DNA of 62,136 nt, counting the filler, from Chiloscyllium plagiosum (lineage: Eukaryota), in assembly GCF_004010195.1 (NCBI RefSeq). It is 5 parts of one record of this genome, joined end to end, with 100 filler letters (N's around TTAATTAATTAA, not from the genome) between each part and the next. Parts side by side here need not be neighbours in the genome. Positions count along the whole stretch, not along the records: positions 1 to 14,880 come from NC_057715.1; 4 more parts are not named here. One strand, given 5' to 3'. A program made the translations under genes and the position numbers. Positions 1 through 12,699 of this stretch are shown piece by piece; position 1 is the stretch's first letter; each line of letters opens with the position of its first letter. Under the pieces are notes generated by a model. The model saw nothing but the letters and a program-made list of their open reading frames with translations, was not told the DNA's origin and did no database searches.

Positions 1-83
1 CAGGGAGGGGGGGCGCGGGTTATCTCTGGGATAACGCTGCTCCCAGGGTGTTGCGGGGGGGGGGGGGGGGTGTCTCTGGGGTA

Positions 84-297
84 ACCCTGCTCCCTGCATG
101 TTGCAGGGAGGGGGACGGGGTGTCTCTGGGGTAACCCTGCTACTGCTGGGGCAGAGTGCTGCACCTACATCCGTGACGAGTCCACTAACAACCCTGCTCC
201 CTGCATGTTGCAGGGAGGGGGACGGGGTGTCTCTGGGGTAACCCTGCTACTGCTGGGGCAGAGTGCTGCACCTACATCCGTGACGAGTCCACTAACA
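84..297. repeat. Exact 107-bp tandem duplication within a G-rich ~50-bp minisatellite
   Basis: 84-190 and 191-297 are identical (accctgctccctgcatg...gagtccactaaca). Related ~50-bp units (cagggaggggg...tctctgggg.taac.ctgct) also occur from position 1. Confidence 0.85.
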
Positions 298-380
298 TCA
301 CTGACCTCTCTAAAGACAACACATGGGAAATCCAAACTTTCCAAATTATTGACAAGGGTTTTTGCGATGGCATGGCGGGG

Positions 381-399
381 TGGCCTGTAGGGGGCACTG
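381..399 (+). promoter_or_regulatory. Candidate CTCF binding site
   Basis: tggcctgtagggggcactg matches the vertebrate CTCF core (TGGCCACCAGGGGGCGCTA), differing only at degenerate positions. It lies outside recognisable repeats. Confidence 0.55.
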
Positions 400-1034
400 T
401 TAGAGGACTGGGAGGCCTGCTGCTACAATTCAGAATTACAATCCAGCACTTATTGTGATCACCTGCGTTCGAGTGCTCCAGTGTCTCTGGCCACTGATGT
501 CCGAGTGTTTTCGTTATAGTCTCGGACGGGATCTGGTTGATCGAATGACCGATAAGAGGGAGTGAGAAAGGTAGAAAGCCACAAAGGGATCAGTTCCACT
601 TTTATTTCTTTTTCCTGACATACTGGGGACTCAAGGGATAAACAGGCCACTGTTAAAAGGCTCCCTGCAGTATCAATTGTCTAAATCTCTTCCCATCAAC
701 ACATCATTATGAAGAATACGATAATCAATCCCTATAATCCATCCATTAGTTATCACAGGACACGACAATCACTGGGCATTGTTAAATCATGGTTACCTAC
801 TTTAAGCAATGTAACAACAATCAACCATGTGACTTATAGCCCTTTTGTATTATTCCTATAAATGTACTGTCTCTGTATGTAGAACAGAGATTTGTAGAGA
901 AGTGTTACCACAAGTAGATGCACAATTACTTTTGGGGACATTGAGAATCTCTCACTGGCTCTCCGATAATAAAGCATCTACTGTTATACAGAAACTTGTG
1001 TTGTCCGGATTTGTGGAAGAAATATACATCAACA

Positions 1035-1646
1035 ATTAAGATGGCGTATGGTGTGTTGGCTTTCATGAGCAGGGGATTGAGTTTAAGAGCTGCGAGGTTA
1101 TGCTGTAGCTCTATACAGCCCCGGTTAGACCACACTTGGAATATTGTGTTCAGTTCTGGTTGCCTCATGATAGGAAGAATGTGGAAGCTTTAGAGAGGAT
1201 GCAGAGGAGATTTACCAGGATGCTGCCTGGACTGGAGGGCAGGGTTTATGAAGAAAGGTTGAGGAACTAGGGTTTTCATCATTGGAGTAAAGAAGGATGA
1301 GAGGTGATTTGATAGAGGTGTACAAGATGAAGAGAGGCATCGATAGAGTGGATAGCCAGAGACTTTTTCCCATCGGTAGAAATGTCTATCACAAGAAGAC
1401 ATAATTTTAAGGTGATTGGAGGAAGGTTTGGGGAGCTGTCAGAGGTCAGTTCTTTACACAGAGAGTGGTGGATGTGTGGAATGCACTGCCAGCAGTGGTA
1501 ATAGAGTCAGATACATTAGGGGCATTTAAGCGACTCTTGCATAGGCACATGGAAGTTAGTACAATGAAGGGTATGAAAGTTAGTCTGGTCTTAGAGTCAG
1601 ATAAAAGGCCAGCACCACACCGAGGGCTGAAGGGCCTGTGTTGCGC
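1035..1646 (+). mobile_element. CR1 LINE 3' fragment (degenerate)
   Basis: Encodes KMAYGVLAFMSRG...RFTRMLPG..YEERL-type C-terminal ORF2 motifs with frameshifts, followed by the CR1 tail gggctgaagggcctgtg. Confidence 0.9.
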
Positions 1647-1761
1647 CAAAAATAAGAAAAATCGTATGTTTTGTAAACCACCAGATTGCCAGATGTTGAT
1701 GAGAATAACTTTGTTATGTACTTAGAATGCCAGTTTTCTCATCCCATGTCGTCTATGAAGC

Positions 1762-2413
1762 GGAATGGGACTCTTTGGCACCACCCTTTTGGCTCTAATC
1801 TGTTTTGGCCCTCATTACTTTGGCGCTGAGCTGTTTTGGTGCCAATTCAGAATAAGAAAAAGTCTTGTAGAGCCAGTAAGAAGTTTGTTTTTATTGCATT
1901 GCAAGAAATAAATCTAATTCTTTTTTATTCATTATTTTTAACCATTTCATTATAAAAATGATTTTCTACATTTTGCTACATTTATCAAACACATATAGGT
2001 CACCATTGTGTGAAAATTTGGGTTGTCTCTCTTGCTTAGAATGTTTTCAGCCATTTCTGGTATGGGCTCAACAAGAAAATAGAAAGAGAATTGTATTACA
2101 GCTTTCCAATGTGAAGACAGAAGGGCTTAAGTATCATCAAGGCAGTAGATGTCTATTAACAATTGTTAAATGAGAAAATGATTACAAAACGAGAATTGAA
2201 TCTACAGCGGGTCATTACAGCTTTGACTATCAACTCTTGCTAGTTGAGAAAATTACATCGGGTCATTAGTCATCCTCTCTTCTTCAACCAAACAAGACTT
2301 TTTTGTATTCTGAACTGGCGCCAAAACAGCTTAGCGCCAAAGTAATGAGCGCCAAAACAGTTTAGAGCCAAAACGGCGGGGACAAATGATCGGCGCCAAA
2401 ACGTACCTGACCC
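1762..2413. mobile_element. Non-autonomous DNA transposon (MITE), MULE/Mutator-like
   Basis: Imperfect ~100-120 bp TIRs (1762-1868 vs 2292-2413) built from ggcgccaaaac-like subrepeats. Flanking direct repeat (c/a)tatgaagc at 1753-1761 and 2414-2422. AT-rich non-coding interior. Confidence 0.8.
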
Positions 2414-2602
2414 ATATGAAGCACTCAGTGAATGTATTCCCTTCCTGGTCAAGAAATATTTACTGGGGATTAGAACTGGACCCTTATAATATCCAGGGAT
2501 ATTATAAGATAGCTAAAATATAATTGAAATTTAGACAATTGGTAAAAATGTAACATTCTCGACTTCTTTTCTTCTTTTAGGTCATTCAAATATGTGAGAG
2601 GA

Positions 2603-2850
2603 GGGACACGCGGATTAGCAATGATGCCTCACAGCACCAGGATCCTGCCAATGATTCCAGCCTCTCATGACTAGCTGTGTGAAGTTTGCATGTTCTCCTG
2701 GGGTCTGCGTGGGCTTCCAAAGACGTACAAGTCAGGTGACTTGGCCATGCTAAATTGTCCATAGTTTCCATGGTAAATATAGGATGACGGGGATTGGGTG
2801 GGGAGTGGAGTGTGGGTCAGACCTGAAGGGCCGAACAGCCTCTATCTGTC
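2603..2850 (+). mobile_element. HE1-like V-SINE, degenerate
   Basis: tRNA-like head (gcctcacagcaccagggatcc) plus V-domain (tgtgtgaagtttgcatgttctcc...tctgcgtggg) and CR1-like tail. Confidence 0.7.
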
Positions 2851-3049
2851 TTGCAGGGATTCTTGGAAGTGCATTCAGTGGACACAGTGCTGTGGCTTCT
2901 GTCTCTTTCTCTTGTGAAAATTGAGGTGAATATACCTGCTTCAACAACTCCAGGGACAGAGTGAGCGATTGCCCAGCTGTTTATTTTGTGTAGCTGTGAG
3001 TCCATAGACCATGTATATGTTGGTTGTCAGCAATTGCAGCCCTTTTTTA

Positions 3050-4100
3050 GTGATCCAGACCTGAACCACTCTCATTGTGTGAAACAGGTAATTTTTCTCA
3101 CCTTGCATTTAATTACTTTGCAAATCAGTTTAAATTGTGCTCTCTGGTTCCCAATCCTTTCGTCAGTGGACAGTTTTACCCTGTCAATTCTGTTCAGACT
3201 GCATGTGATTTTGAAAACTTCAATCAAATCTTCTCAAAGTCTTCTCCTCTCCAAGAAAAAACACTCACAACTACTCTAACCTCTCTTCACAACTACTCTA
3301 ACCTCTCTTCATAATGACTCCAACCTCTCTTCATAAATACTCCAACCTCTCTTCATAACTACTCTAACCTCTCTTCATAATGACTCCAACCTCTCTTCAT
3401 AAATACTCCAACCTCTCTTCATAACTACTCCAACCTCTCTTCATAATGACTCCAAACTCTCTTCATAACTACTCCAACCTCGCTTCTTAATTACTTCAAC
3501 CTCTCTTCATAACTACTCCAATCTCTCTTCTTAACTATTCCAACCACTCTTCACAACTACTCCAACCTCTCTTCATAACTACTCCAACCTCTCTTCATAA
3601 CTACTCCAACATCTCTTCATAACTATTCCAACCTCTCTTCATAACTACTCCAACGTCTTTTCATAACTATTCCAACCTCTCTTCATAACTGAGACTTCCA
3701 ACCCTTGGAATCATTCTCATTGTCCTTTTCTTCACTCTATTCATTGTGTTCACACCCTCCCTAAAATGTGACACTCTGTACTCCAGCTGAAGTCTAACTA
3801 GTGTCTTACATAAGTTCGGCATAACCTCCCTGCTCAACTACTGTATGTTCTTTTTAATAAAACATAAAGAGTCTGTATGCTTTATTAATTGCCTGTCCTA
3901 CCACCTTTAATGTCTTTAATATTCAGGTCTCTTTTTCCCTGCCCAATCTTAAGGCTGACATCTTTTATCTTATCGTGATCTTATTTTTTATCTGCCAAAA
4001 TGCAGCCGAAAGTGCTCTGTGTTGAACTTTATCTGCCATCTATTTGTCCACTCTATGAACTTGTCAGTGTCCTTTTGGAAGTTCTACAGTCTTCCTCAAC
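3050..4100 (-). mobile_element. Old CR1 LINE remnant containing the minisatellite
   Basis: Reverse complement resembles CR1 ORF2 C-terminus (ttatgaagagaggttg = YEERL; cagctggagtacag; gataaagttcaacacagag). Confidence 0.65.
3266..3690. repeat. 22-bp minisatellite (ctactccaacctctcttcataa)n, ~19 copies
   Basis: Directly visible tandem array embedded in a minus-strand CR1 remnant. Confidence 0.95.
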
Positions 4101-4174
4101 CAGGCACTAGCTCATGGACGGACTATGCTGTGACCCAGGGCTACTGACTTGCTCATGTAACTCTTACTCACATT

Positions 4175-4420
4175 GTTGATGAATACTTTGCTTCAGTATT
4201 CACCAGTGAGAGGGACTTTGTTGTTTGCGAGGACAGTGTGAAACAGGCTGATACATTCAAACACTTTGCTGTTAAGAAGGAGGATGTGCTGGAAATTTTG
4301 AAAAACGTGAGGATAGATAAGTCCCCTCAGCCAGATGGGATATACCCAAGGTTTCTACAGGAAGTGAGTGAAGAGATTGCTGCGCCTTTGGTGATGATCT
4401 TTGCATCCTCACTGTCCAAT
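4175..4420 (+). mobile_element. CR1 ORF2 internal fragment
   Basis: ORF 4238-4558 contains IDKSPQPDGIYPRFLQEVSEEIAAPL (KSPGPDG motif). Confidence 0.85.
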
Positions 4421-5099
4421 GGATGCTTACAGTATTTCTGCCATGCTTTACGTCCCTTAGCCAGAGCTTCAGGGCTCACAGTCTTTCTGTCTTATTTCAC
4501 TGTTTGGTGCAGACACTTAGTCAGGCAGCTTGTCATCTTTGACTGGTCATCAGTCTAGGGGGGGGTGGACATGTTGCTGTAGAGTAGTGTGCTACATCAA
4601 TCTCGTACCCACACCATTTGCTCACTCCTTGCTTTCCTTCTTATCCACCAATCCATCCATGCAGACAGCCAAGTGATCACATGCCTGAGGCAGTAGGGTC
4701 ACATTACATCATGCCCCCTGACTTACCTGCTTCTGCTTCTGTATCTGCTTGTGCATTTGTATGAAGTTCCTAACTGCCACGCCAAGGGGCTGCTCTCCTG
4801 CCTGGTCTTGGTAGGTCCTGGAGCATTTCTCTCTCTCTCTCCCAGCTGCAGAGATGTGATGGTGAAGTGCTAGCCAGCTGGTGCCACCCACTCTAAACGG
4901 GATCAAATACTGGCAATGGATCACGGTCTGAGCTACTGGAGGCTGTGGGAGGTAACCTTACTGGTGGACACTGGGAGGATCTGTGCTCTCGTTCTTGGAG
5001 GTGGAGAAGGAGATAAGTTGAAGGTTTCCCTTTGATTGCAGGACCTTGGATATTCTGCTGATATCTGCAGAAGTCAAAAGACTGTGTACAGTTGTGGGG

Positions 5100-5505
5100 G
5101 GTTACCTTGTTATAGGAAAGATGTTATTAATTTGGAGAGGATTCAGAAAAAATTAGCCACCATGTTTCCAGGCCTAGAGAGTTTGATTAATGAGGAGAGG
5201 CTTCTTTCACTAGAGAGTAGGAGGTTGAGTGCTGACCTTATAGAGGTTTGTGCAATCGTGAGAGACTTAGATAAGATGAATAACCAAGGTCTTTTCCCTA
5301 TGGTAGGAGTGCTCAAACCTCAGAGCCATATTTTGAAGGTGAAAGGGAAAGATTTACAAGGGACTGGAGGGACAACGTTTTCACACAGAGAATGACTTGT
5401 ACGTGGATAAAACAGCCAAAGAAAGTGGTAGATACAGGTACAGTAACAATGTTTAAAAGACTTTTGGGTAAGTACATGAATAGGAAAGGTTCAGAGGGAT
5501 GTGTA
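5100..5505 (+). mobile_element. CR1 3' fragment
   Basis: PCYRKDVINLERIQKK...EERL...DLIEV motif in ORF 5036-5395. Confidence 0.85.
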
Positions 5506-6264
5506 TGACTTGATGACAGAATGTGATGTGAATGAGTGATTATGACTTGTAAACAGGACATGCACAGTAGGGTAATGGAAGAGAAGCACATCAATGAACA
5601 ATGTTTCTTTCTCAGTGACTGGGACATACAAGTTTTAGCATCTCCGCAGGAGTGGTCTCAGTTTTCACCTGCCAAGAGCTTCTCAGAGGGTTTGAAGATA
5701 CAAAAATTGGGAACCCCACCACCTATCCTGGCGTTCTAGGCCCAATTCTTCACCATTTTATTCTGTAATGAGGGAAAAGGAGAGATTAAGCGATATGACG
5801 ATGGCTGGCCCAGTTGTTAATACTGATGCGGGGAAGGGTGGATGTGTCCTGAGTGAGTGAGGAGTCAGTGCAAAGGGCTTACATGGTGTAAGGTGAAGGG
5901 GGGAGGTCTGTGAGTGAGAGAAGATATTGCAGTAGAATGTGAGCCTTGTTGGGAGGTGGCTGAAGTACCGGAGATTGTATAAGTGCCTTTGAATTAACCA
6001 ACTCCGAGCCACAGAAACTGCACTGACCCAGATAGCAACCTCAGAGCAGCCTGGCAGGGTCCTCTTCTGGTTCTGGGGAAAGAGGAGATCCCTCCTCTAC
6101 ACCACCCCATCCATCCGTATCCTCAGACACCTGTCTGAGAAGAGGTGAGCAAATCTTTCCTCATTTACCATGTCTGGGATTAATGTCTTCATTGTGCAGG
6201 GTAGCTCAGGACTGACAGTGCTTGGTTGGTGTGCAGTGACCTTTTCGTCGTGCCACTGCTGTCA

Positions 6265-7070
6265 TCGACAGGAGCAGGACTAGGCCATTCGTCCTTCAAG
6301 CCTGCTCCTCCATTCAATATGTTCATGACTGACCATCGTTCTGCTTTCTTCCCAGATCCTTTGATCCCTTCAACTCTAGAACCTCTATCTAACTCTAAGC
6401 TGAAAACATTCAATGTTTTGTCCTGCTTTCTATGGCAGAGGACTTCCCAGGCTCCCCTACTCTCTGAGTGAAGACATTTCACCTCAGCTCAGTCCTAAAT
6501 GGCCTCCCCCATATCCTTAGAATTTCTCCTTGATTCTGGACTCCCTGGTCTTTGGGAATGTCTTTCCTCCATTTACCTTATGTAGCCCTGTTAGAATTTT
6601 ACAGGTTTCCATTAGGTTTCCCTCTTTCTGCACACCAGTGGATATAGTCCTAACCGATCCAGTCTCTCCTTGTATGTCAGTCCTCCCATTCCAGGAAACC
6701 TTCACTGCACTCCCTCCATAATTCGAACATCATTTCTCAGATAAGAAGAACACAATTGCACACAATGTTCCGGGTGGGGCCTCATCAATGCCCTGATTAA
6801 TAGCAGCAAGGTATCCCTGCTCCTGGACTCGAATCCTCTCGCTATGAAGGCCAACATCCCACTTGTCTTTGTCACCATCTCCTGCACCTGCACCTAGGTC
6901 TCCTTGCATCTCCCATTTCCCAATCTATCACCAGTCAGATAATAATCTGTATTCCCATTTTTGCTACTAATGTGGACAACCTCCCATTTATCCCCATTAT
7001 ACTGCATCTGTCTAAACCACACTGAAGCACCTCTGCATCCCAATGACAGTTCACCCTACCACCCAGCTTT
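6265..7070 (-). mobile_element. CR1 3' fragment
   Basis: ORF 6702-6893(-) GMLAFIARGFESRSRD...LMRPHPEHCVQ; CR1 tail toward 6270. Confidence 0.85.
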
Positions 7071-7778
7071 CATTTCTCTTAATGAGAGGAGTTTAAAACA
7101 TTGTACTAGAAAGCTCAATAGGCCTTTGGGTTGAGAAATCCTCCTTGAAACAAGGCAAAAAGGACAAAAAGCTGATTTCTGGTAAGATTCAGCCATAGGT
7201 CATTTCTTGACATTCTTGTTTACTCTATCTAAAAATGTAATTCATTCTGTCTCTTAAATGAAGTCAAGTGAGCATTGATGGAACAGGCAGAAATTCAGCC
7301 CAGAGTTGAAATTTCCCAAAGCAGTTCAAGACAATAAAACATAGTTATATCCTGAAATGTTCGCCTAAACTGCAATCAAATTTCTATTCTACATGCTCTA
7401 TAGCTCTAGCTTGAGGATTTATACTTCTAATACCTTTAAGTAATGTGCAATATTAAAGCTTACTGAGTTTGGTTGATTTTAGAATGAGTTAGTGGTGAAG
7501 GCAAGATGGCTTAGCCACTTTTAACATAACTGGGGCAAAATGCCAAAGAACTAAAATGAGTACAAGGATGATGGACACTGGAAATCTGACACAAAACCAG
7601 GAATTGCTGGAGGGACACAGCAGTTTCACCTGCCAGACCTGCTGACTGTACCGAACTATTCCTGTTTCTGTTTCTGATTTTCAGCACCCATAGTTCTTTG
7701 GATATTTTGTCTTTCTTCATATTAAATCCAATGTTGTCACACACAGAAATGACAACAATTGTTTCCATTAATTTGTCC

Positions 7779-7784
7779 TTTATT
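7779..7784 (-). terminator. Candidate polyadenylation signal (AATAAA) of the MMP gene
   Basis: tttatt on + strand, ~440 nt downstream of the stop, in an AT-rich 3' UTR-like region. An ATTAAA at 8115-8120(-) is an alternative. Confidence 0.35.
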
Positions 7785-8222
7785 TTTCATAAGATCTTTG
7801 AGATCAAATTTCTAACATGAAGCATTGATGTTATTCATTAGCAAAAAAGAAGTTCTTTCCAAACACCATAAACTTCCAACCTGATTACAATGTAAGTATA
7901 TAATAAATGATAAGCAATGCATTTACTAACAATAAAGTATATTCATAGTTTGAAATTGGCTAAAAAGTATGCTTATGTTTTTAAATTTAACAGTAATGTT
8001 ATCAAAGATAATGAAATAAGTTGAGCAATTACACTAACTGATTGAAAATTTCAAACTAAACTACAGGAGCTATATTACAAAAACATTAATGATTAAGCTT
8101 TGTTGAACTAAAGATTTAATTATACACTTAGGGTAACAAATCCCTCCGCTATAAGCAATATTCTGTGTGAGTTGCAGAACAACAGTCCGATAGCAAAACA
8201 TGGTCATTTAGTTACAATTCAT

Positions 8223-8305
8223 TCACCCGTGTCGTTTTAAAATTTTTCTGACTTCCATCCCCCGATATCCATATATAAGAGGTCCACTTGTGAGATAATA
8301 AGTCC
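8223..8305 (-). CDS. MMP terminal exon (hemopexin blade 4)
   Basis: Acceptor tcaatttcag|GG; (G)TYYLTSGPLIYGYRGMEVRKILKRHG* with TGA at 8225-8223, followed in frame by MNCN-TAA (8210-8208). Confidence 0.85.
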
Positions 8306-10154
8306 CTGAAATTGAAGAATAGTGATTTAAATATTTAGTTAGAACATAACAGCCACATTGTCTTGTGAGTTCTATCCAATCCATGTGATAACTCCAGCAG
8401 TGTGGAATATCTTAGAAACAGAGAGGTGCCAGATTCCTACTGACTCTGGGAGTTTAGAGTTTGTGGACAAAACATCTGGCCGCTTCATGCAAGATCAATG
8501 ATGATAAGAACAGGGAACATGGACTGCTTATGTCGAGAATTCCTGCATAACTGACTGAGAAGATATTAGAGTAAGATTCTAAACTGATATTTCAAGAGAA
8601 ATAAAATGCAATGATCACCCAAAATAATGGAATTGGGAGCCACAGCGATTGTCAGGAAAGGAAGCAGCAGAAAATAATTGGTTTCGAATTAAACAGCACA
8701 GTCCCAGACCCTTTGGCCCATCCACAATATTTAACCCACTTGCTAAAAGCATCTGGTATAATGGCACATGAATCCATGTCCCTAAAATATCACCCTGAGG
8801 TTCTGTATTCCCAATTGAGTGGCATTCCCACTACATCACCACCCTATCTTTTCAATTGTCATGGTGCAGGTAAAGGCCATTGCTTTATTGAGTCTATGTT
8901 GATCCTGAACATTTTGACTGTGCCAATCTCCTGCCTTTTCCCCATACTCCTGCACACAATTACCATCTAATTCCCTATTGAATGATTCAGCTCAACCTGC
9001 CTTCACCACACTTCCAGGCAGTGAATTCTAAACTCTGTCTAACTTGCTGTTTGAAAAAGTATTTATTTTCAAAGTTCTTTTTCAAAACAGCTCAAATCTC
9101 TGCCCTCTGGTTCTTCACCCTGTTATGAATGGAAACAGTTTCTCCCTGTCCACTCTATCCACAACCCAAATGATTTTGAGAAATTCAATCAATCCTCTTA
9201 AACCTCTCTCAAAGGGAATCAATGACAACTTCTCCAATCAATCTTCATAACTGAATGTTCTCATTCCTGGAGATATTTTTCCAAACCCTTTTTGCATTTC
9301 CTCCATACATTCATTTCAATCCTCCAGATGTGGAGCTGTGGGTCCAGTTGTACTCAAGATAAGTTCAAATTAGTCTCTGATACAAGTTCATCAAGAACCT
9401 CCCTTCTCTTCTACTCCAAGCCCCTACTAATGAAGCTTAAAATTTTATATGGTTTATTAACTGCTTTCGTCATATGTCCAGCCACCTTCATGGATGTATG
9501 TATTTATTTCCCACTCCTGGAGCAGGTGGGAATTGTGCCTGGGCCTCCCAGTCCAGGAATAGCGGCACTACCACTGTTTCACAATACACTGGTCTGTCTG
9601 CCCCTGCCCATCCTTTCACAGGCTGGCTGTTTATGTCCTTTGTAACAAAATGTATCACCTCGCGCTTCTCGAGATTAAACCTCATTTGCCACATCTCCAT
9701 CCACTCCACCTTTTGAAGTTCCAAACTGTTGTTATCATGGTGTACAATCCTCCCACAAATTGTGAAATAATTCCCTGTGACCCAAGCTCTAGACCATTTC
9801 TGCCTTTTGCAGGAAAAGCAAGGACCCCAATGGTAGCCCTGGGGAACTCCACGACTCATTAACCTCCAGCTTCAACAGTCAGTTTTCTTCAGTGTCGTCT
9901 CTGTTGCATTGTGGGAACTGCCTTAATCAATTGAATGCAGCAGAGTCGCCAGCAACAGCAATGTGATCAAGAACAGAAGTTTGTTTCTGTGATATCATTT
10001 GAAAGGAACTGTTGGCCAGGTCACAAGGAATTTGCTTTTCTTCAAAATAAAGCTCTAAAATCAGTTCCATCCATCTGAGCAAGCATTTAACTTCTCATTG
10101 GAAAAGTGACTCTTTTAACACTTTGGCCCGCTCTCAATAACACAGTGTCGGCAG

Positions 10155-11280
10155 GGCGAACTAGTTAGCAAGGTTAGATCACATGGAATCCAGGGAGAGC
10201 CAGCCAATTGGATACAAAATTGGCTAGAAGGTGGGAGACAGAGTGTGGTTCTGAAGGATTGCTTTTCAGACTGGAGGCCTGTGACCAGTGGTGTGCCACA
10301 AGGATCAGTGATGGATCCACTGCTTTTCTTCATTTATGTCAATGATTTGGATGTGAGCATAGGACATATAGTTAGTGGGTTTGCAGATGACACCAAAACT
10401 ACAGGTGTAATGGAGAGCAAACAAGATTACCTTGGAGTACAACAAGATGTTGACCAGATGGGCCAATGGGCTAAGGTGTGGCAGATGACATTTAATTTAG
10501 ATAAATGTGAGGTGCTGCATTTTGGAAAGGCAAATCAGGGCAGGACTTATACACTTAATGGTAAGGTCCTGGGGGGTGTTGCTGAACCAAGAACTCTTGG
10601 AGTGCAGGTTCATAGCTCCTTGAAAGTTACAAGATAGATGGGATAGTGAAGAAGGCATTTGATATGCTTTCCTTTATTGGTCAGTATATTGAATAATGGA
10701 GTTGGGAGGTCATGTTGCAACCATACAGGATATTGGATGGGCCACTTTTACATAAGTGTGTTTAGTTCTGGTCTCCCTGCTATGGGAAAGATATTGTGAA
10801 TCTCGAAAGGTTTCAGAAAAAAAAAGTTACAAGGATGTTGCCAGGTTAAGCCATAGGGAGAGACTGAACAGGCTGGTGCTGTGTTCTCTGGAGCTCATAG
10901 ACTGAGGGGTGGCCTTATAGAGGTTTACAAAATAAATGGCATGCTTAGGGTGAATAGCCAAGGTCTTTTCACCAGGGTAGGGGAGTCCAAAATTAGAGGG
11001 CAGAGGTTCAAAGTGAGAGGGAAAAGATTGAAAAGGACCTGAGGGGCAACTTTTTCACACAGAGGCTGGTATGTGTACGGAATGTACTGCCAGAAGAAGT
11101 GGTGGAGTCTGGTACATTTGCATTATTTAAAAGGCATCTGGATGGGTATAGGAATAGGAAGCGTTTAGAGGGTTATGGGCCAAGTGCTGGCAAATGGGAC
11201 TTGATCAGTTTAGCAAGTGTGGTCAGTGAAAATGAGTTGGACTGAAGATTCTGTTTCTGTGCTGTATGACTGTATGACTC
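10155..11280 (+). mobile_element. CR1 LINE 3' half (RT domain), degenerate
   Basis: ORF 10245-10637 has SGVPQGSV, FADDT and KCEVLHFG; CR1 3' tail at ~11250-11280. Confidence 0.93.
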
Positions 11281-12520
11281 ACTGATGAAAATGCAACCAA
11301 TGAATCAACAGCTTAGGCTTCAGAAACTCTACAATAGAAAGTATTGATTGGTTCTTGACTGGTTTCCTTGCAATAGGAGATGAGTGGAGGGAATACATTG
11401 GTGATAGACTTGCACTCTCCTCTCCAGCTCCAACTGTTGGCAGATAATAGTCCTGACAGAAGGGGACAGGCGATACTACAGATGCATTGAGGAAATGTCA
11501 ACTTGCCCCATCTTAAAGCAATTGGTGATCCTACAAAATTCAGCAAGATCAGAGTTGGAGAGAGATCCAATGACTGCAATTCGAGATTAATAACCATATT
11601 GTGCCAGGTGGACCTTTTTCCACAATTTTTCTTGAATTACTAAATTGGACAGAAATTGTGTTAAAATGGCCTTAGCAAAATGTGTGATCAGTATTGGAGA
11701 GATTTCTGCACCTTCCCCTGTTTTGCTCTGACCACACTTATAGTAAAATAAATTTCAGAAAACTTCTGAAGTGGTGTTTACCAGCAAGTGATAGCTTTGA
11801 CTGAAAACAAGAAACACTTCCATTCTGAACCAAACATCCCCCCCACCTGCATGACTCAAATATCAGAGTTTACCAAAGGAATTCTATGCATCAAAATTGC
11901 CCTCCAATGTATAGTATGATCTAATTCACTTGCTCAAAAATTACTCATGAAAATAACACGATTCCCTCCTTCATCATGTGTTGAAACCACTCCTGACAGT
12001 TTGTATATTAGAATCATTCCTCTGTTCATTTATGTATCTCTGAAGTATGCCAGAGAAATGTGAATGTGACCCATTTGAATTGTGATACACTGGCAAATCA
12101 TGCTAAATATGCAATGATTATGTTGTGGAAAGCTAATCTTCAGTCCTCTAAAAAGCACAAATTCTTAAAAAAGAGAGACAAAATTGTGTCCCTCGAAGGT
12201 GACTTGTGGCTGATTTAGTGAAGCCCTGTTGCTTTAATGCAATCAGAGTCCTGAACTGTGACAATGCTGGATTTTCCCGTGAAAATAACAAATCTGCTCT
12301 CCATGTCAGATGCTGTGCTCTGTGTTCCTGTACATTTTGTAGTCAGTCCTGAGATTCTTAAGGTGAAGAAATCCATTCAGTTGGGAGGTTCTGAATTAAA
12401 GAAGTTAACTTTTTAAATACCACTGATGCATCTACCTGACATCTTACAGATTTATCGTATTACTTAAACATTGCTGTTATTACACAGTAATTTATTTTCT
12501 TCTAATAAGTGGACGCTTAC

Positions 12521-12621
12521 CAAAATGCTCAACAGCTGCATCCACTTTTGAAAGGTTTGAAAACGTGTCTGTTATTAATCTTGGGCTTCTGCTGCTCATT
12601 TGGTTTTCATCTAAATTATAA
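12521..12621 (-). CDS. MMP exon (hemopexin blades 3-4)
   Basis: tttttag|T...TTTG|gtaagc; 101 nt; (S)YNLDENQMSSRSPRLITDTFSNLSKVDAAVEHF(G), with the VDAA hemopexin motif. Confidence 0.9.
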
Positions 12622-12699
12622 CTAAAAAGAATTACATGTCACAGTGCGCTCTGATCTGAAGGCAGCACACAACCGCAAGCACTAACATAGAAAATAAAA

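Noticed and set aside
459..650. Minus-strand ORF/exon candidate bounded by AG and GT
   Set aside because: No recognisable protein similarity. It could be an untranslated exon, but nothing in the sequence supports that.
3266..3690. 22-bp periodic array as CRISPR-like
   Set aside because: There are no unique spacers, the context is eukaryotic, and the unit derives from CR1.
8223..8225. In-frame TGA as possible selenocysteine or programmed readthrough
   Set aside because: It aligns to the conserved Trp (TGG) rather than a Cys, I saw no SECIS-like element, and the partner Cys is already lost. A nonsense change is simpler.
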